Assembly: GCA_043228905.1 (NCBI GenBank)
Contig: JBHGNT010000017.1
Coordinates: forward strand, 10,726,001 to 10,790,000
Origin: Azolla caroliniana
Lineage: Eukaryota; Plantae; Polypodiophyta
Direction: 5' to 3'
DNA: 64,000 nucleotides
Part shown: positions 49,901-61,000 of the stretch, piece by piece
Layout of the letters: each line of letters opens with the position of its first letter
Numbering within the stretch: the first letter of the stretch is position 1
The notes under the pieces: model-generated
The model's input: only the letters and a program-made list of their open reading frames with translations
What the model was told of the DNA's origin: nothing
The model's database searches: none
Made by a program: the position numbers and the translations under genes

Positions 49901-52166
49901 GGTCCTTTGACTTAAGTACGAAGTCCCATTCTTCCGACTATAGTCGTCGATAAACGTTACGAAGTATTGTCCACCTCGATGTGATGTTGTCTTGTTCTTC
50001 TTCTCGGTGGACTTGTGTGGAATGCTTCCCTATTCTGCTTTCCGTCTAAGCATATGACACACTTCTCCAAGTGTACTCCTTTCACTTATGGGAGAAGTTC
50101 CTAATCGGTCAAGATGTGCATTCCCTTCTCACTGATGTGGCCAACTCTCTTGTGCCATAACTCTCCATCCGAGTCACCTGCCACATTCACTTCTGACTTG
50201 CACAGTCGGGCATGCATCATATACAGTGTGCTCTCTTTCTGTGCTCAGGCCACTATGAGGTTTCCACAACAGAACTTCCACATGTCGTTTTGGAAACTAC
50301 CATTGTAGCCTTTGTTGTCCAATCTCCCAGTCGATATCAGGTTCAATATGATATCGGGGACATGTCGAACTTCCCTTAGTATCAGTCGACAACCAATTGA
50401 CGTCGTCAGGCACATGCTTCCGACACCGGCTATCTTGCACTTTCCATGATCTCCAATCTTTACATAGCCATGATCCTCGGCTATGTAAGTCAAAAAACAC
50501 TCTCTCGACGGAGTTATGTTGAATGATGCACCCGAGTCGATTACCCAAGTACACTCTTCGCTTGCAAGATTTGTGCTTGCCTGCTCAGAAATGAATAGGA
50601 TCTCCTCTGCACTCATAGTTACAGTCGATGTGCCCTTTTCATTAGGGATCTTCTTGGGTTCGACATTATTGCTGACACTCTTGTTCTTCTTGATGAGGTG
50701 TCGACAATCCTTCTGAAAGTGTCTAGGTTTTCCACAATAGAAGCATGTTAGCTTACCTCTGCACTTGGATCTGGCACTGGACTTTTCTCTCGTTGGTAGA
50801 CTCCTTCGCTGGTTCCTTCCTCTACTAGTATGTTGAGTCAAGTTTGACTCCGACTGAGCCAAGACACCCTTGTCCTTCCTTCTAGTCTTATTCAAGATGC
50901 TTGCCTTTACCACTTGCAGAGACAAGTTCTCTTCTTGACACGAGGTGCTGTGAGTCACCACTAGATTCTCCTAGTTGTTCGGTAAGGTACACAATAGTAG
51001 GATGTCCTACGTTGCATCTTCAAGGGGAAACTTTGTTGCCGCAAGTTGGTTCACATACCCCATTAATGTGCTTACGTGTTTGATTATGCTTTCCCCATCC
51101 TTGTATTCAGCCTCACAATCTTTCTCATCAAAGATGTTTTGTTGAGGGCATTCTTCCTCTCATATAGGCCTAAGAGCTTCTGCCACATCTCATAGGCATT
51201 TGTGTCGTTCACCATATGCTGAAGGACAATGACATCGACACAATGCCAGATGGTGGCCACTGCCTTTCTGTTGAGAAGTTTCCATTTTGACTCTACTACC
51301 CCTATGGGTATTTCTGCTCTATCGATTGGCTCGTACAGATCTTTGACTATGAGAAGGTCTTCCATCTTTATCTTCCAGTCTGCATAGTTCTGAGAGTTTA
51401 GAACAATCATGCCTGGGAAGCTGCTAACACCCCCTTCCATCTTCAACCTCATGCTCTGATACCAATTTGAAAGGATTTTCTCCCTTTGATTCTTGACAAA
51501 GGCCAATGGTGTGATTGACAATATCCAGGAAAGACAGAACATAACAAATACACAGAATACACAGTTTTACGTGGAAACCCTAAATGGGGAAAACCACGGG
51601 AGAATAGAGATTTCACTATACACAAGAGAATACAAGATGAGATCAGAATACAACACTCTCCAAGTCTCGGAGTTTATCAGCCACACAAGGCTTCTTGCGT
51701 CAAACCTCACTAGGCTATGGCGCCGTTCTCGCCTTCCCGCTCACACACTCTCTCTTCTCTATCAATCTCTACAACAGAGGCTCACAACTATTATGTTCAA
51801 CACACCCACACTATTTGCCCTAGGTGTATTTATACTAATACACAATATTGGCTATTTACAATAATGTCCATTATTAGTATTAGATAATAATAGTCTTACT
51901 AATCAGTTGACTCATCTGTCAACTATCAGGTAGGTCCGACTAGCCAACCTGGTCATCAACCATCTGGTCGTCCCGATTAGTCGGTCGTGTCTTCGACCCC
52001 GATCACCTCTTGTCGACTCTCTCCTAGTTGATTCTCCATGTTGACTCTCTCAAAGTTGACTCTTCGATTGTTGGCTCGCATCGGACTAGTCAGGTGCTCC
52101 TTGTCTTTGACTGTTAGATGTGTTGAAACAGTCAACTCCTCCCACTGGAGGGAGATATTCCGAACA
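46951..52166 (-). mobile_element. Decayed full-length Ty1/copia (copia F), an older relative of copia E
   Basis: LTRs 46951-47619 and 51468-52166; Met-PBS ~51453-51464; gag VLNSQNYADWKIKMEDLLIVKDLYEPIDR nearly identical to copia E; many stops; flanks TTGGC and TCAAC (a degenerate TSD at best). Confidence 0.9.
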
Positions 52167-52455
52167 TCAACTTCTTCTAACGTTCTTGCGCCTTGCTTGC
52201 TCTCATCAACTTGTCCGGTCCAGCGCATATCGACTTTCTCGGTCGACTTGTCTGCTCGTTCGGCCCAAGTCAGCTTTGTCGTTGTCGCGGTGTTGTTGCC
52301 CCTCGACCCATCGACTCCTCCGTGTCGGTGTCGGCTTCAGCTACCTCCTTGTCTGCTTGGCCTTCAACTCATTCAGGTCTTCCAAATCAAATTTTTGTAC
52401 TGAATCGGGTACCTCTGATTCGTCCTCCTTCATGCCCTTGACCACATCTGCCCAT

Positions 52456-53907
52456 TGTTAAGAAAGCACTATGGCTCTTCTTAGTGCAACAAAGGCAACA
52501 TGATGTGCAAGATCGTTTAGGGTTCAAGAGAGAAAGAAAAGGGGTGGAAGGAGACACCTCTGTAGCAGCCCAAAAACATTTAGTTTTATTAGACAGAAAA
52601 ACCTCTCTCATCTGTCTACTTACTTCTCTACTCACTCTCACTTTTACCTAAGTATATTAGTGACTTATATATTCAGCTAAATAGTTACGAGTAACTAAAC
52701 AACTGTGAATAGTTAAATAGTTGTCTTACCCATAGATTGACATATTTGCATTTGTGGGGGTTCCCATTCGAATGCAAACGAATACGCATACGAATGCATG
52801 GTTAAGTATTCGTTTAACCCAAACAAATAAAATTAAAAAAGAGTACAAGAACTCCCTCCTTTTTTAGTTTCCTAGGATAAAAAAAGGGACTTGACAATAA
52901 AAAGAGGCATTAAAAAAGGGACATTAAAAGAGGGACTTGACTCTAATAAATTTATATAATAAATATAAAAATATTCGTTTTATTTTTAATAAATAAATAA
53001 AATAAAATAAATGGTCATTAATTCCTCACTTTTTATTCCCTCGAAATTTATGGATATTTTTATTTTGACATTAAAAATTGAACTTCACACTAGTCATATT
53101 TCTATAACAAATACACAAATATTCGTTCTATAAAGGTTCATAAACCTCCCCATTTTTTATTTGACACTATAAAGGAGAGTTAATACTAATCATATGTTTA
53201 TAATCTATTAATGAATGATTATTCTTTTTTTAGTGAATTAAATTTATTTAAATAAATAAATATTTTATATATTTATTTTATAAAACGAATGGTATTATAA
53301 TATTCTTGGGGCCATTTTTTATTCTCGAATATTGAGAATATCACGCATGGAGAATATGGCGAATATCACGCATGTGTCAATCTATGGTCTTACCTATATG
53401 TCTAACAATAGCTAATTTCCTAATAACTACTACAGAAGATCTCAGTTACCAATAAGGATCACATTGCTTTTGTTGAGCTTGTTTCTTAACACTCCCCCTT
53501 AAGCTCAACTTATCCACTCTTGAGATTATCTTCAGTCTTCTTTTCTTCATGCTTTCCAGCTATCATATCAATGCTTATAACTCCTATCATGTCCCTAAAC
53601 TGTGTATGTTTTTCTATGCTTAGTCCCTTCGTAAGAATGTCTACCAATTGCTTATTTGTACTCACATACAATAGATATACTTCTCCATCAATCACTTTTT
53701 CTCTAACAAAGTGATAATGCACTTCAATGTGCTTTGTTCTTGCATGGAACACTAGGTTTTTTGCGAGCTGAATACTGCTCATATTGTCACACCAAATTGT
53801 GACCACACTATCTATACTCTCCCAAATCAGTAAGCAATCTTCTAATCCATATTTCTTCACATGTAGCTATTGCAACTCCTCTATATTCAACTTCAGTACT
53901 TAATAAT
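52456..53907 (-). mobile_element. Copia 3' end: LTR 52456-53491 (split by a MITE), PPT and RNase H fragment
   Basis: LTR termini TGTTAAGAAA / TTTCTTAACA; CTCCCCCTT follows 53491; peptide CDNMSSIQLAKNLVFHARTKHIEVHYHFVRE. Confidence 0.85.
52731..53386. mobile_element. Non-autonomous hAT element (MITE) with the same termini as 38162-38857
   Basis: Perfect TIRs CATAGATTGACA / TGTCAATCTATG; 8-bp TSD GTCTTACC. Confidence 0.92.
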
Positions 53908-54650
53908 TGTCACGGACGGGTAGACCAAGACAGGGATAAGTAGCCGAGCTAAATATTAAGAGAGAGTGAAAGATAGATATATAGATAGAGAGAGAGCATA
54001 GACAATAGAACAAGAGAGAGAGAAGGTAGACAAAAGAGTAAGAACTAAATTATGCTTCCGTAACTGGTGTTGTTCACCTTGATTGTAATCAAGGTGCACC
54101 GAAGTATTTATACAAGAATGTGGTGGTATGCATGCAAGCTAGGAAACATCTAGAGAGTGCATGGAAAGTTCTAGAGAGTGCATGAAGATGCATTCTCTAG
54201 AAGTTTCTTGAAAGTTCTAGTGATTAACATAGAATGTAATAAGTTAAAACTTATACAATACAATAATGCATAGATGGATGTAGCTCAATTGGTACAGTTG
54301 CCCAATAAGACTAGGGGGTCTTGGGTTCAACCCCCTACATTCCATCGTGTCTATGACATTATCCTCCTTCTAAGTTTGCCTCCCAGAACTTGTGGCTAGC
54401 TTATGTTGGTATCGTTGATGAAAATCGCGAATGGCCTCCGGAGCATTTTGTAAATGTGTAACTGGTTCCCATGTAGCGTCCGAAATGGGGTAACCTTTCC
54501 ATAAGACCAAATATTGGAGTTGTCGACGACAATATCGAGAGTCGAGGATTTGGTCAACCTCATATTCTTCGCCCGTTGACAATTCCATAGGTGGTGGTGG
54601 AGGAGGTTGTCGTACCCGAGTTCGAGGAGAGAAATGTGAAATGTTGGCAT
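53908..54650 (-). mobile_element. Chromovirus 3' end: LTR 53908-54358, PPT and chromodomain
   Basis: TGTCACGGAC...CTATGACA; chromodomain EEYEVDQILDSR..RRQLQYLVLWKGYPISDATWEPVTHL; LTR related to 27528. Confidence 0.88.
54274..54345 (+). promoter_or_regulatory. tRNA-like A-box/B-box module in U3, antisense to the element
   Basis: ATGGATG-TAGCTCAATTGGTA...GGTCTTGGGTTCAACCCCCTA-CATTCCAT: acceptor-like stem, A box and T-loop; no clean anticodon arm. Confidence 0.6.
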
Positions 54651-55079
54651 TAGAGTATGTGCGAGAGATATTGGATCTCCGTGGGCCTCTTTATTGCCTT
54701 TTATTCTCTCGCTAGCACTTCTCCTCGCATTATCGGCTTCGGCTCGCTATCTCTTTGTTATTCCTTATCTCTATGGGTGCCGGTCATATGATTATTGTCT
54801 AGTTTTTCATATTGCAAAGAAGGTGGGGGGGGGGGGGGACTTTGGGGAGATACTGGTTCCACAATGTTGCCTTTCATTGGCTTCTGTTCCTCCCTCGTTA
54901 GCACTTCCCTGACATCGACATCTCTCCCTCTCTTTGTTCCCTATTTCCGTGGGTGCCCCTCCCTCGTATGATTGTTCTCCAGATTTTCACCTATCAAGAA
55001 GGTGGGAGAGTATGTGCATAATATTGGAGTCCTCATGGAGCTTTCTATTGGCTTTTATTCCTCTTTGAGTCAGCACTGT

Positions 55080-55693
55080 TGTCATGAAGATGCGAGTGCG
55101 TGCATGCTTCGTACGAACGGGACCACCGAGGCCATGGACCAAGGAGACAGAAGGGATGAGGAAGTGGGAGATTAAGATGACGATGCGATTGTACGAGTCA
55201 GGAAACCAATATCACATTTAAAAAGAACAAATATTTTTATACTCAAGAAGAAGATAGATGTCAAGAAGAATGTTATATTATTGATGATGATGATGATGAT
55301 GATCTCGATCTCCAAATTAACCCCCCTTTACACAAGCCCAACTCTAAGAGCCTTTTATAGGTCTCTCCATGCTTGTGACATGCACAAAATCATGGGCTAA
55401 AACCATGGTTTTGTGCACATGGTTTTTTTACATTTGTTTCCTATGGAATACTATGACAAGAAAATATAGAAAATCTAAAGCATTTGGTAGTAGCTTTAGT
55501 GGTAAGTTAATTGCCTCCTATCTTGGGTGTGCAAGGTTCAAATCTTACGTGCACCTCTTTATACGTACTCAATGCCATTAGGCCCTAGGATTATTTATCA
55601 TTGATTTATTTTCATTTTTAGAAGTATTTGTGTAATGTGCATGTATCCTCAATTTTTCACTTTTTCTCGCATTAAACAGACCACATCACGACA
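55080..55693 (-). mobile_element. Candidate LTR containing a tRNA-like module (55491-55555)
   Basis: Termini TGTCATG / CACGACA, followed by the pyrimidine-rich TCCACCCTCACC; TAGCTTTAGTGGTAAG...AGGTTCAAATCTT inside. Confidence 0.45.
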
Positions 55694-55857
55694 TCCACCC
55701 TCACCAAACCACACATCGTCCGGCATGTGCCAAGAAGGAAAAAAGTGATGTGGTGGGGCCAAAGGTTGTCAACCTTTGATTTGCTCCTTTCTTGTGCCTT
55801 GCCCACACTGTCTTTGTCCCTCCATTTTGAGCTCGTCCATTCCTTCCAGCTGAACCA

Positions 55858-56826
55858 TCATCGGCATCCGATCCACCATATCATTCGCTTGCACTTCGCA
55901 ATGGTATGACAAGTTGTCATGGCTGCCTTCGCCCCTCCTGAGCATAACCTTTCACAATTTGTGTATGTGCCACCTTCATCCTGTCTGTCTCCTTGGTCAA
56001 GCAACCTCAATCCTTCATTCTTTCTCATCCCCTGCTTGCCTTCACAAGACCTCATTCGAATGTCGATGTTGACTACCCATCGTAGTCCCTTAAAGCGCAT
56101 GCTCATCTCTTGGTCTCTAAGAGACCATATTGCATGCCTCTCTTTCTTCCATTCGTTGTGGTAAACTCCCGCATTTAAGTTGACCATCGTACCTTTAATC
56201 TTCATGCTACTATTCTCCCTAATGCTAGAAGACATGATCACTTTCCGAGGTACACCTTTCAAATCCTCTTGGCTTGCTTGGCCATCATTGTCCATTGTCA
56301 CACTTTCTTCGGCCTCTCTGTTGTGCACATCCACCTTTTTCGTTGTGCTTCGTTTGGTCTCTTCATCACACAAACCAGCTTCATCCTTCGCTTCCTCGCA
56401 GCCACCTTCCATCCCTTTGGTCTCATGTTGGCTCTCAGACACAACTGCCAAATTCTCTGGAACAAGCGTGGAGGAATCTTCTCCATGGTCCTTGCTCGCT
56501 CTTGCCATCTTCGGGCCGACGTCATTGTCTGTGGCTATGTTCCCATTATGTGCATCAACTCCAACCTTCGCTTCCTCGCCGCCACCTTCCGTCTCTTCGA
56601 TCTCACATTGATTCTCGGATGCAACTGCCCAAGTGTCTAGAACAAGTGTGGAGGATTCCATATGCCTTTGGTCGATCACCTTTGCCATGTTGTCCATAGC
56701 CACCTCCTTGATGTCGTTTTTCGTATCTACCTTCTTAATCATGTGGGCCTCCCACTCTTTATCCTCCTTGATCATGCAAGCTTCTATTAGGCTGGTTCCT
56801 TCACCACCCCACGTTTCGAACATGAC
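55858..56826 (-). other. Low-complexity acidic ORF with an internal ~180-bp duplication, probably TE-internal; cut by the LTR at 56827
   Basis: 327-aa ORF in the track; repeated SSTLV..AV.SE...EGG.EEAK; no recognisable domain. Confidence 0.3.
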
Positions 56827-56898
56827 TGTTAGGAACAACACTAAGACATAGAAGGAATTAGTACTAAAAGATGAGAATTAGTACTAAGGGAGGTGTAG

Positions 56899-56943
<45 letters not shown>

Positions 56944-57640
56944 TAATAACAAAAGATATATATTATGTTAACAAAATATACAATAGTAGCTAGGAGCCTT
57001 AAGACTGGCGTTGAACCGATTTGGTTCAAAATAATATCTTGTGCCTCCTTTTAGAGTGTTCTCAAGAGTACTTCTGAAGTTTCTAGAATGTTCCAGAGAA
57101 ATCTGGAATATACATCAATTTTCTATACTAAAACTTAAATGAAAATAATATTTTTTGTATTACAACATATAGTCGAATGATCAAGAGCTCGACCCGTGTA
57201 ACATAAGGTCATGGGTTCGAGTCTTGTCATATCATGACACTATCCCCCCTTTAAAATGGCGAGTGTCACGAGTCGTTTTGGATTGAGGACCCGGTTTGTC
57301 TGGATATTAACGATGGAAGTCTTCAAGAAGAGCACGAGCATTGGTCACATTCTCTATTGGTTCTTAAGTACGCTCGTTGGGACTATATCCTAGCCAATCT
57401 ACTAAATAGTAGAGCTTGTTGCGAACAATCTTGGAATCGAGGATGGCGGCAACCTCGTACTTAGGTCCATCTTCAAGTTCGATCGGGGGTGGAGGTTGTT
57501 TAATACGACTTGGGATGGTGCTGTCTTGATAGGGTTCGAGGAGAGAACTATGAAACACCGGATGTATCCGAAGTTGTGGGGGTAGATTGAGACGAAAAGC
57601 GACATCATTAATTTTTCTGATAATTGGTAAAAGCATGCGA
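56827..57640 (-). mobile_element. Chromovirus 3' end: LTR 56827-57239, PPT, integrase C-terminus and chromodomain
   Basis: IHPVFHSSLLEPY...PPPPIELEDGPKYEVAAILDSKIVRNKLYYLVDWLGY; CTATCCCCCTTT follows the LTR; tRNA-like boxes at ~57170-57225. Confidence 0.88.
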
Positions 57641-58083
57641 GTGGAAACACTATTATAGCTAATTAGCTACTAAAATGGCCACAACTAATTAGCTATTTGT
57701 TTAGCTAGTTTTTTGTGGGAAAATCATAAGGTTGGTTTACAAAATTTTATGTTTTATTAGTTAAATACATATCATTTAAATACATGTCATTTAATTTATG
57801 AGAATACTCAAATATTTGAACTTTGGTTTCTGATGTAGTGGAACATGGGGAATAGTTCCATCATCTAAGGTTGACTTGAATGTCATCAAATTCTTGATAA
57901 TCTTGAGTTCGAGTTCGAACTCCAAACAGATGGAGTACTATGAGCATGAATGCAGACGACGCCCCTGCAACAGCAGAAAAACTCTGAGATCGACATTGCA
58001 CCTTCAAAGGTACAACACACAAGCAAGTCAATCCTCCTCCAGGTATGTATCAGTTAGATATTAAAAAAACTTTTTTTTCCCTT

Positions 58084-61000
58084 TGTTGAGAATCAAGCTC
58101 AACTTGGTCTAGTGTGTGAACTCACCTTGAGAGTGAAGAGACACTCCAACGGTCAAGAGTCACCATTATGTTACCACTTTGTATTCTAGCATTTAGTATG
58201 AGTCATAGAATTATATTCTATGACACATAACTTATGAGCTTTCACATTCCCCATGCTCCATGAGTCTTGTAGTTAATGAAGAGAGAGGGTGACTACATAA
58301 AGCACCCTCCTCCCACCTTGTAAAATGTTGAGTCTTTCTCCTTTGTCAATATACTTTTACCTTGTGTATTCCTTGTCTCTCTCACTCACTCACTCTCTCT
58401 CTCTCTCTCTCTCATACACACACATAACTCATATCTCTTCCGCTTCACAAGAATCCATCTCTTGATTATTTACATGGTATCAGAGCGATTTGGTAGCTCG
58501 ATCTAGCTCATTCGCCTCATCGTGATCGTGTGTTGTGCTCTACGCCGACGACCAAGAACCGGCTCATAGCTATCGTAGCGTCGCTACATAGCTCGCATTC
58601 GAAGAGAGAAGAAGAAGAAGAAGAATCGACATAATGAATACTCAAATGGGGAGCGCTCTCCCTACCGAGAAGTTGGATCGAAACAACTTCGAATCTTGGG
58701 AGTACAAGATGCACCAATACCTTGTCGAACAAGGCTATTGCCGAAGCGGCTCCCTGATACGCAACATGGGAGCAAGCCGCAAGCCGCATGATGTATTGTT
58801 TGGCGACATGTGTTCACGACCACATGCTCGGTTACATTCGAGAAGCCAAGACGCCGAAGGAAGCGTGGGAAAATCTACGAAAGATTTTCGCCGCCAACAC
58901 GACCGCGAGGAAGCTTCAACACCGCCAACACCTTGAAGATCAAGAAGCTTTGCGACTCGCTCGGCTCAATAAGCGTAAGTATAGATGATGATGAAATGGT
59001 GCAAATATGCCTGAGCGGCCTCGCACCACGGTTCGGCACGATGCGAACCGCCGTTCTAGCACGGGAGAAATCTCCCTCCTTCTTCGAGCTCCAATCAATG
59101 CTATTGGTCGAAGAAAACCACGTGTGTACGAGGAGCAATGAGTCGGAAGGCCACATGCTCTACACACACTCTAATGGAGGAAGAGGACGCGGACAAGCGA
59201 GAGGCCAATTCAGCCAAGGACACGGTAGACGAGGTTCGACCTACGACAACAACTCCCAATTTCGAACACAAAACGGAGGCCAAGGAGGAACCTTCACAAG
59301 AAGGGGGAGCTTCCACTCCAGCCCGAGCCATCAAAACGCAACCGAATGCGGATATTGCGGAAAGCTCGGCCACCACGAAGAAGAGTGCCGAAAGAAGATG
59401 CGTGAATCGGCTTTCACAAGCCGACAACTCACGAATTACGCACACAATTCCGACTACGAAGAGTATAGCGGAATGTACGGGAACAACTCCGACTACGAAG
59501 ATCGTGGCGGAATGTATGCACACAACTCCGACTGTGGCGGAATGTTCATGATGAAACATAAAGCAAACTCTATGTCGGCCTCTACCTCAACTAGTGCCCT
59601 CAATCTGTAGGACGTATGGTTTGTAGACTCCGGAGCCTCAAATCATATGACATCCCATAAAGAATGGTTTCTCGAACTTCGAGAGCCGGAGCGACCCGGT
59701 TATGTCGAAACCGGAGATGACACTACGCACCCGATTCGGCACATCGACAATGTCCCGTTCGGCGAAAGAGGTAAGCAAACATACATTAAAAATGTCTTGC
59801 ATGTTCCCACCATCACGAAGAATTTGGTCTCGGTCGGCCAAATGGTTGAGCAAGGGATGCAAGTACGATTCGATCAAGAAGGGTGCTTCATCGAAAAAGA
59901 AGGCCGAATCATCGCACGCGGAAGAAGAGAGGGCCGGATGTTCATTCTCGATTCGCACGAGATGAAATCCGCCATGTTCGCGAAAAGCTCGAAAGCTGAC
60001 TCCGACATAGAGCTCTGGCATAAGCGAATCGGCCACATCAATCTCAACAAACTCAAAGCAATGAAATCGAAAGGAGTCGTCATCGGACTCCCGACATTCA
60101 AAGAGAAGGAGATTGAAGGTGTATGCGAAGCGTGCCAATTCGGCAAGCAACACCGACACCCATTTCCGAAGGAGCAGAATGTGAGCAAAGGCGTACTCGA
60201 CGTAATTCATTCCGATGTATGGGGTCTGGCTCAAACGGCGACATTCGGCGGATGCTGATATTACGTGCTCTTCATCGACGACTTTTCTAGGCACACTTGG
60301 ATCTACCCGATGCAGCAAAAGAGCAAAGTGTTCAGACACTTCCAAAATTTCAAGAATGAAGTCAAGAAAGCCACGGGCCGACATGTACGATGCCTTCGAT
60401 CGGATGGCGGCAAGGAGTACTTCTCAGACCATTTCACGGCGTATCTCCGAAAGGAAGGAATTCAGCGAGAATTCACTTGCCGACACACTCCGCAACAAAA
60501 CGGAGTAGCCGAGCGCAAAAATCAGCACATCCTCGAAGTTGTGCGGGCCATGATGAACGAGAAGCATATGCCCAAGTCATATTGGGCCGAAGCGGCAAAT
60601 ACGGCCGTCTACCTAATGAACCGGTGCACAATATTCGGCGTGCACGAGGTCACTCCGCACGAAAGATTCTTCGGAAAGAAGCCGAACCTATCACATGTTC
60701 GGATATTCGGCTCTATTGCGTACGTGCACATCCCCGACGAGAAGCGTCAAAAGCTTGACCCGAAGTCGGAGAAATGTATCCTCGTAGGATACTCACTGGA
60801 GCAAAAGGGGTACAAGTGCTACAACCCTTCAACTCGAAAATCTCGGGTAAGTCGAGACGTCGTTTTTGACGAGTCCGCATCCTGGTACGCACCAGAGACA
60901 ACTTCGCCTCCGACTCCACTCGACCTGGAATCCACTGAACAAGAGATAGAGGATAAAGATCACCTTACGCGCATGTTCGAAGAAAGTCCGATCACGACCC

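Noticed and set aside
38162-53386. One giant composite hAT carrying the NLA gene
   Set aside because: Each MITE has its own complete TIR pair and a different TSD.
54274-54345. Functional tRNA gene
   Set aside because: No proper anticodon arm, imperfect D and T stems, and it is embedded in an LTR; reported as tRNA-like only.
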